Part shown: in pieces, positions 7,271 to 10,490 of the stretch
How the letters are laid out: every line of letters begins with the position of its first letter
Numbering within the stretch: position 1 is the stretch's first letter
Source: a virus
Reading direction: 5' to 3' (one strand)
UHGV virus genome: UHGV-1619017
Length of the DNA: 10,490 nucleotides
Position numbers and translations under genes: made by a program
Notes under the pieces: generated by a model
What the model was told of the DNA's origin: nothing
Seen by the model: only the letters and a program-made list of their open reading frames with translations
Databases searched by the model: none

Positions 7271-7663
7271 ATGGCGTATCGGATCTTTGTTTCGTATAAA
7301 AATGGCGCTAAAAGCCACTCCCTGAACACAACGAGCCGCTTTCTTGTTGAGGCGCAACTGGCATCAATTCTTGCTGAAAGTGAGATACTCTCCCTCGCTG
7401 AACGAATCGTCATCCAGTTTTCTGGTAGAGATATTCTTAATGTCCCCGCCCTCACCCCGTCCTCCGAAGTCATGGAATCAATTAAATGGCCTGTATGTGG
7501 ATGCCCGGCGAGAGTTGAAGAGCCGGTAACCGCTACGCTCTATATGCCGAAAGCAGTAAGAGACTGGCTTGCTGTGATTGGCAACGGGAAAGTCAGTGCT
7601 GGACTGCGAAAGTTAATTGAAATGGCAGATATTCCAGAGTTAAAAAACGCATGGCGACAATGA
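7271..7663 (+). CDS. Putative DNA-binding protein with C-terminal ribbon-helix-helix-like domain (130 aa)
   Basis: ATG at 7271 chosen over the in-frame ATG at 7229, which lies in the AT-rich promoter region and gives an implausible N-terminus. C-terminus TATLYMPKAVRDWLAVIGNGKVSAGLRKLIEMA fits a strand, helix, G-x-x-S turn, helix pattern like Arc/MetJ/CopG. Weak SD. The competing minus-strand ORF 7219..7473 runs into the AT-rich intergenic region and is judged spurious. Confidence 0.4.
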   Translation: MAYRIFVSYKNGAKSHSLNTTSRFLVEAQLASILAESEILSLAERIVIQFSGRDILNVPALTPSSEVMESIKWPVCGCPARVEEPVTATLYMPKAVRDWLAVIGNGKVSAGLRKLIEMADIPELKNAWRQ

Positions 7664-7680
7664 GTAAACAGGGGGGCAAA

Positions 7681-8139
7681 ATGAGTCACGCGAATCCATC
7701 AAAAACACAATATCGCTTAATGCTGGCGATCGCGTCAGCTATACCAACCAGCCTGAATCCCCCTGCTGGCTATCCCGCTGTTGTTGATGATTGTTTTCAG
7801 TATTACGGTGAAGACATTCTGGGACAGTCGAAAGCACTAAAACAGTTGTGCAAAGCCGGGATTCTTCACTGCATAGGCGATCCGGATGATTTTGTTGTCA
7901 TGCTGGCAGATCGTGACTCTTTTCTGCTGTCCTGGAAAGCCGGGGCGCGCGAAGCGCGTTTGGGGAATGGCATTGGCTACATAGACTATAGCGATTGCCC
8001 GCTGGCATTTGCTGGTGGATATATGCATTGGCATGAGCGAAATAGAGGCCGTCAGCGTCAGTATCGCTTGAGTGACTTTAACGTCTGTCACGGTTTCGAA
8101 GAAGCTGACAGCCAGGACATCTGGCTTCAGGAGCCTTGA
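7681..8139 (+). CDS. Hypothetical Cys/His-rich protein, likely co-transcribed with the upstream ribbon-helix-helix gene (152 aa from ATG 7681)
   Basis: Strong SD AGGGGGG 6 nt upstream of ATG 7681. In-frame ATGs at 7651 and 7660 would overlap the stop of the upstream gene (7661-7663), so the two genes are tightly coupled either way. Contains several Cys and His (C..YY, HC, DCP, HWH, CH) that could bind metal. No family recognised. Confidence 0.4.
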   Translation: MSHANPSKTQYRLMLAIASAIPTSLNPPAGYPAVVDDCFQYYGEDILGQSKALKQLCKAGILHCIGDPDDFVVMLADRDSFLLSWKAGAREARLGNGIGYIDYSDCPLAFAGGYMHWHERNRGRQRQYRLSDFNVCHGFEEADSQDIWLQEP

Positions 8140-8459
8140 TCCCCCTTCCCTTCCCAAATCTCCCTGTTTCTTTGGTTATTCAGTGCGTTTCGTTGGTTGC
8201 ATTCGTCGATCGTGCTGAATAACTGTTCAGCGTATGTCGGATACTTGTTTAACAGCACTGGCGTGTCCTCTGGCACTAAACAAGGGGAGTAATCAATCAG
8301 ATTTGCCTGCGGCTTGCTGGTGGCTTCTACGGTAATTTTCACTGGCACGCTGGTTGATGGCTTTTGCCCGTTCCCGCTGCATCCTGATAACGTCATCAGG
8401 CACACGCACATCGTTAATCCCAGCACGGCGCAACGCATTTTCAAGGCGAGTGATTTCAT
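8127..8459 (-). CDS. o-spanin (Rz1-like outer-membrane lipoprotein spanin subunit), start overlapping the i-spanin gene (110 aa precursor)
   Basis: Strong SD GGGAGGAAA upstream of ATG 8459. Signal peptide ending in lipobox LSGC (MKSLALKMRCAVLGLTMCVCLMTLSGC); mature part is Pro-rich and short with an extra Cys (SPCLVPEDTPV). Overlaps the i-spanin ORF by 167 nt out of frame (8293-8459), the classic overlapped spanin arrangement. Confidence 0.65.
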   Translation of the reverse strand: MKSLALKMRCAVLGLTMCVCLMTLSGCSGNGQKPSTSVPVKITVEATSKPQANLIDYSPCLVPEDTPVLLNKYPTYAEQLFSTIDECNQRNALNNQRNREIWEGKGDQGS

Positions 8460-8793
8460 TCTGGCTTTCCTCCCGCTGTTTGATCAGTCTGTTATTAAGT
8501 TCGGTTGTTTTGCGCTGGTAGTCTTTTTCCAGTTCTTTGATTCTTTCGTTTTCGACCTGCATGGCAGAGCGTGCGCCTTCACTTAACTGCAATGCGGTAG
8601 AAAGCGTGTTGTTCTCGCTTTCCAGTTGTGATTTTGAGTCTTCAAGCGACCGGACATACCTGATGTGTTCGATAACTGCCGTCGTTGTTCGGTAAATTCC
8701 AGAAATGGCTAAAAGCGCAATTACAATCAAAATTATCTTTTTCAAAACCACCCTCTTTAGTTTTTTTGGTGTTAAAAGTGTACCGTTTTGCAT
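8293..8793 (-). CDS. i-spanin (Rz-like inner-membrane spanin subunit) (166 aa)
   Basis: Short basic N-terminus (KKLKRVVLKK), a single hydrophobic transmembrane segment (IILIVIALLAISGIY), then a long charged, coiled-coil-like periplasmic region (SLEDSKSQLESENNTLSTALQ...ERIKELEKDYQRKTTELNNRLIKQREESQNEITRLENALRR). Same architecture as lambda Rz. Its 3' end contains the start of the lipoprotein gene in another frame. Confidence 0.65.
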   Translation of the reverse strand: MQNGTLLTPKKLKRVVLKKIILIVIALLAISGIYRTTTAVIEHIRYVRSLEDSKSQLESENNTLSTALQLSEGARSAMQVENERIKELEKDYQRKTTELNNRLIKQREESQNEITRLENALRRAGINDVRVPDDVIRMQRERAKAINQRASENYRRSHQQAAGKSD

Positions 8794-8818
8794 CCTTTTG
8801 TGTGCTTAAATGGTGTTG

Positions 8819-9622
8819 TTATGGTTCCTTTTTGGTGTTCTTTTGGAGCGCATCGATAACGCCTTGTGGCATGATTAAACTGATTGCCGGACTCATTACT
8901 GCATCGTCCAGTAGAGAACCTGTTAACGTGATTGCGACTGCGTTCTCTAAACCTTTGGTTGCCTGAGTTGTTGCCGTTTTAATGCGGTCAGCAAGGGCTA
9001 TGACACTCTCACTTGCTGAATTAATTCCGAAGAGTGAAACTTCAGCTACTGTTACCGCTTCCCGTAAAGCATCAATTTCATCCTGAGTAATGTCCGGAGC
9101 CTGTGCTGCCCCTCCACCAGCCTGTCCACCATCACTATCACCACCAGCACTCCCGGCAGCTTCAATTTTTGCGTTTATGGCGTTCATGGCGGTATTCAGA
9201 TCGTCAAGTTTCAGCGCCGCCAATGCGTCCGTTAATGATTGCGGGATGGAAACATTCCCCATCCCCTCTACCAGGGCGAACGCTGGCGCGGGGATCAGTT
9301 CATTACCTTTTGCGTGGCACTCCCAGCCAATCTTCATCTGTAACAACTCTGATGGCGTGGTGTATGGGGAAAGAGAGTCAGCCAGTGATGAAGAAGACTT
9401 GCTGGCCTCATTGAGCTGTTCGGAAAATCCAAGCAATTGAGTCGTCCAGGCCGACACTGAATCAGGATAGGTTTTATCAGGGTGAACCATTTCCTGTATT
9501 GCGCTCGCGAGTGACGAGGCTTTTGAAGAAGCCGCCAGGCTTATGGTTATTGATTCCGGTGTGGATGCACCAGCACCAGACAGAATTTGGAAGGCTTTAA
9601 CTTCACCTATTGAATCAAGCAT
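8819..9622 (-). CDS. Hypothetical protein, two-part with Ser/Ala-rich N-terminal half and Gly-rich linker (267 aa)
   Basis: ATG at 9622..9620 overlaps the TAA stop of the upstream PAAR-like gene (TAATG, 1-nt overlap), indicating translational coupling. Low-complexity linker AAGSAGGDSDGGQAGGGAAQAP. No transmembrane segment, no catalytic motif I can recognise. Antisense plus-strand ORFs here (9090..9440, 9103..9414) are artefacts. Confidence 0.45.
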   Translation of the reverse strand: MLDSIGEVKAFQILSGAGASTPESITISLAASSKASSLASAIQEMVHPDKTYPDSVSAWTTQLLGFSEQLNEASKSSSSLADSLSPYTTPSELLQMKIGWECHAKGNELIPAPAFALVEGMGNVSIPQSLTDALAALKLDDLNTAMNAINAKIEAAGSAGGDSDGGQAGGGAAQAPDITQDEIDALREAVTVAEVSLFGINSASESVIALADRIKTATTQATKGLENAVAITLTGSLLDDAVMSPAISLIMPQGVIDALQKNTKKEP

Positions 9623-9906
9623 TATGCGACCTGAAAAATATCCTCGCCGTTAGCGATAACAGAACCACAAGAAAGCGGATCGCCTACGCAGACTACTCCC
9701 TTTCCACCTATTGAATACCATGCCCGTGTCGATACAGCCGATCCGGGATGTGCACTGTTGCCATCTGTATGGCTGGGAAACATGGCACCATCCACAACAA
9801 CTGGCTTACCGTTGACGGTGAACCAGGGAACGGTTTCAGCTACCAGTCGCGGCGGAAATCCTCCGTGACCGGAACAAAGTGTGTCGCTGGTGGCTATTGC
9901 GCTCAT
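9622..9906 (-). CDS. PAAR-like small protein, candidate spike-tip protein of a contractile injection apparatus (94 aa)
   Basis: ATG at 9906..9904 with AGGAGA 6 nt upstream. Three repeated beta-turn segments with the spacing of PAAR repeats but degenerate motifs: SDTLCSGHGGFPP, VNGKPVVVDGAMFPSH, GKGVVCVGDPLSCGSVIANG. Compare canonical GD..C..HGG.I, INGKPAAR.GD, VGD...HGG.I. Memory-based, no HMM run. Confidence 0.4.
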   Translation of the reverse strand: MSAIATSDTLCSGHGGFPPRLVAETVPWFTVNGKPVVVDGAMFPSHTDGNSAHPGSAVSTRAWYSIGGKGVVCVGDPLSCGSVIANGEDIFQVA

Positions 9907-9953
9907 TCTTCATCTCCTGGTTATTCGCCTATTGTCATCACTTTGTTATTTCG

Positions 9954-10172
9954 TCACTCAAAGAGAGAGTGAAATCACGGAACATTTAAAATTCCCGTTT
10001 TGTTCTCAAATTGTTCTCACTTCTATCCAAGTGCCCGGCAGGCGATTAAAGATATTCTCAAAACAACCTCAATTATGACTCTTATTTATCTCTAATTATG
10101 TGGATTTTCGATGTCTTCTCTTTTAAAATCATGATTTGATTCTCAAATGTGTCTCAGAAGTGGAGCAAGAAG
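9954..10172 (+). promoter_or_regulatory. parC: parC-like centromere and promoter region upstream of parM, with TTCTCA-core direct repeats
   Basis: TTGTTCTCA at 10000-10008 and again at 10011-10019 (11-bp register), a degenerate third copy in phase (TTCTATCCA from 10022), and further copies TATTCTCAAAA at 10053-10063 and GATTCTCAAA at 10138-10147 just upstream of the parM ribosome-binding site. Imperfect inverted repeat TCACTC-N7-GAGTGA at 9954-9972. Possible sigma70-like -35 TGGATT (10101-10106), 17 bp, -10 TAAAAT (10124-10129). Position upstream of parM matches the parC-parM-parR layout. Region also holds the divergent promoter for the minus-strand operon starting at 9906. Confidence 0.5.
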
Positions 10173-10490
10173 ATGCGCATTTTTATCGACGATGGTTCAA
10201 CAAATATCAAAATGCTGTGGGAACACGACGGGGAAACTCGCACGCACATCAGCCCTAACAGCTTTAAGCGCGGATGGTCAGCAACATTTGGTGCTGGCAA
10301 GCCATTTAACTATGTCATTGACGACGAAAAGTATTCGTATGATTTGATCTCGCCAGATGTTCTGCCGACGAATAACGTGGAATGGCAATACAGCCCGCTT
10401 AACGTCCTGGCTGTTCACCACGCCCTGCTGACAAGTGGCATTGAGCCGCAGGAAGTAGAAATTGTGGTTACGCTGCCACTGGCGGAGTTT
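10173..10490 (+). CDS. parM: ParM/StbA actin-like plasmid segregation ATPase (type II partition), N-terminal 106 codons; gene continues beyond the window
   Basis: ATG at 10173 with GGAG about 8 nt upstream. Translation [106 protein letters not shown] closely parallels plasmid R1 ParM as I recall it ([37 protein letters not shown]). Absent from the ORF track because no stop occurs before the window end; the track ORF 10147..10347 is an out-of-frame artefact. Confidence 0.9.
   Translation, partial: MRIFIDDGSTNIKMLWEHDGETRTHISPNSFKRGWSATFGAGKPFNYVIDDEKYSYDLISPDVLPTNNVEWQYSPLNVLAVHHALLTSGIEPQEVEIVVTLPLAEF

Noticed and set aside
7219-7473. Minus-strand ORF of 84 aa opposite the ribbon-helix-helix gene
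   Set aside because: Extends into the AT-rich intergenic region, lacks an SD, and conflicts with the more coherent plus-strand two-gene cassette.
7271-7663. Possible TIR-like domain in the N-terminus of the ribbon-helix-helix protein (RIFVSY... and KWPVCGC about 65 residues later)
   Set aside because: Only two short motif-like matches; the protein is too short to hold both a TIR fold and the C-terminal ribbon-helix-helix, and intervening TIR landmarks are not evident. Needs profile search.
7837-8157. Minus-strand ORF of 106 aa antisense to the Cys/His-rich gene
   Set aside because: The plus-strand gene is longer, has a strong SD and is coupled to the upstream gene; the minus ORF would also overlap the o-spanin 3' end. 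Not fully excluded without expression data.
9090-9440. Plus-strand ORFs (116 aa and 103 aa, one with a His-rich HHHYHHQH stretch)
   Set aside because: Antisense to the 267-aa gene; the His/Pro-rich runs are what antisense translation of a Gly/Ala/Ser-rich coding region produces.
10147-10347. Track ORF of 66 aa starting at 10147
   Set aside because: Out of frame with the real parM reading frame that starts at 10173.
1-10490. CRISPR arrays, tRNA or rRNA genes, insertion sequences, integrase or att sites
   Set aside because: No regularly spaced repeat array, no tRNA-like cloverleaf candidates, no terminal inverted repeats or transposase/integrase-like ORFs were seen on either strand.

Overview
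This window reads as the junction between a contractile-tail (myovirus-type) phage structural region and a plasmid-type partition locus, which is the arrangement expected in a phage-plasmid such as the P1-like elements. All calls rest on reading the six-frame track and the sequence by eye; no database search was run, so family assignments are motif-level recollections. The window has four blocks. (1) Bases 18-7112, minus strand: a late operon running capsid candidate (565 aa), small Ig-like protein, tail sheath, a bipartite acidic/basic protein, then four further virion or tail-associated proteins, with GC-rich hairpins at several gene boundaries. (2) Bases 7113-8139: an AT-rich divergent intergenic region and a two-gene plus-strand cassette in opposite orientation (a protein with a C-terminal ribbon-helix-helix-like domain and a Cys/His-rich protein). 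(3) Bases 8127-9906, minus strand: a PAAR-like small protein translationally coupled to a 267-aa unknown, followed by an overlapping i-spanin/o-spanin pair. (4) Bases 9954-10490: a parC-like repeat region and the 5' part of parM. The sheath, ParM and spanin calls are the best supported. The best candidates for something undescribed are the plus-strand two-gene cassette, the PAAR-like/267-aa pair and the acidic/basic protein. ORF-track coordinates include the stop codon.
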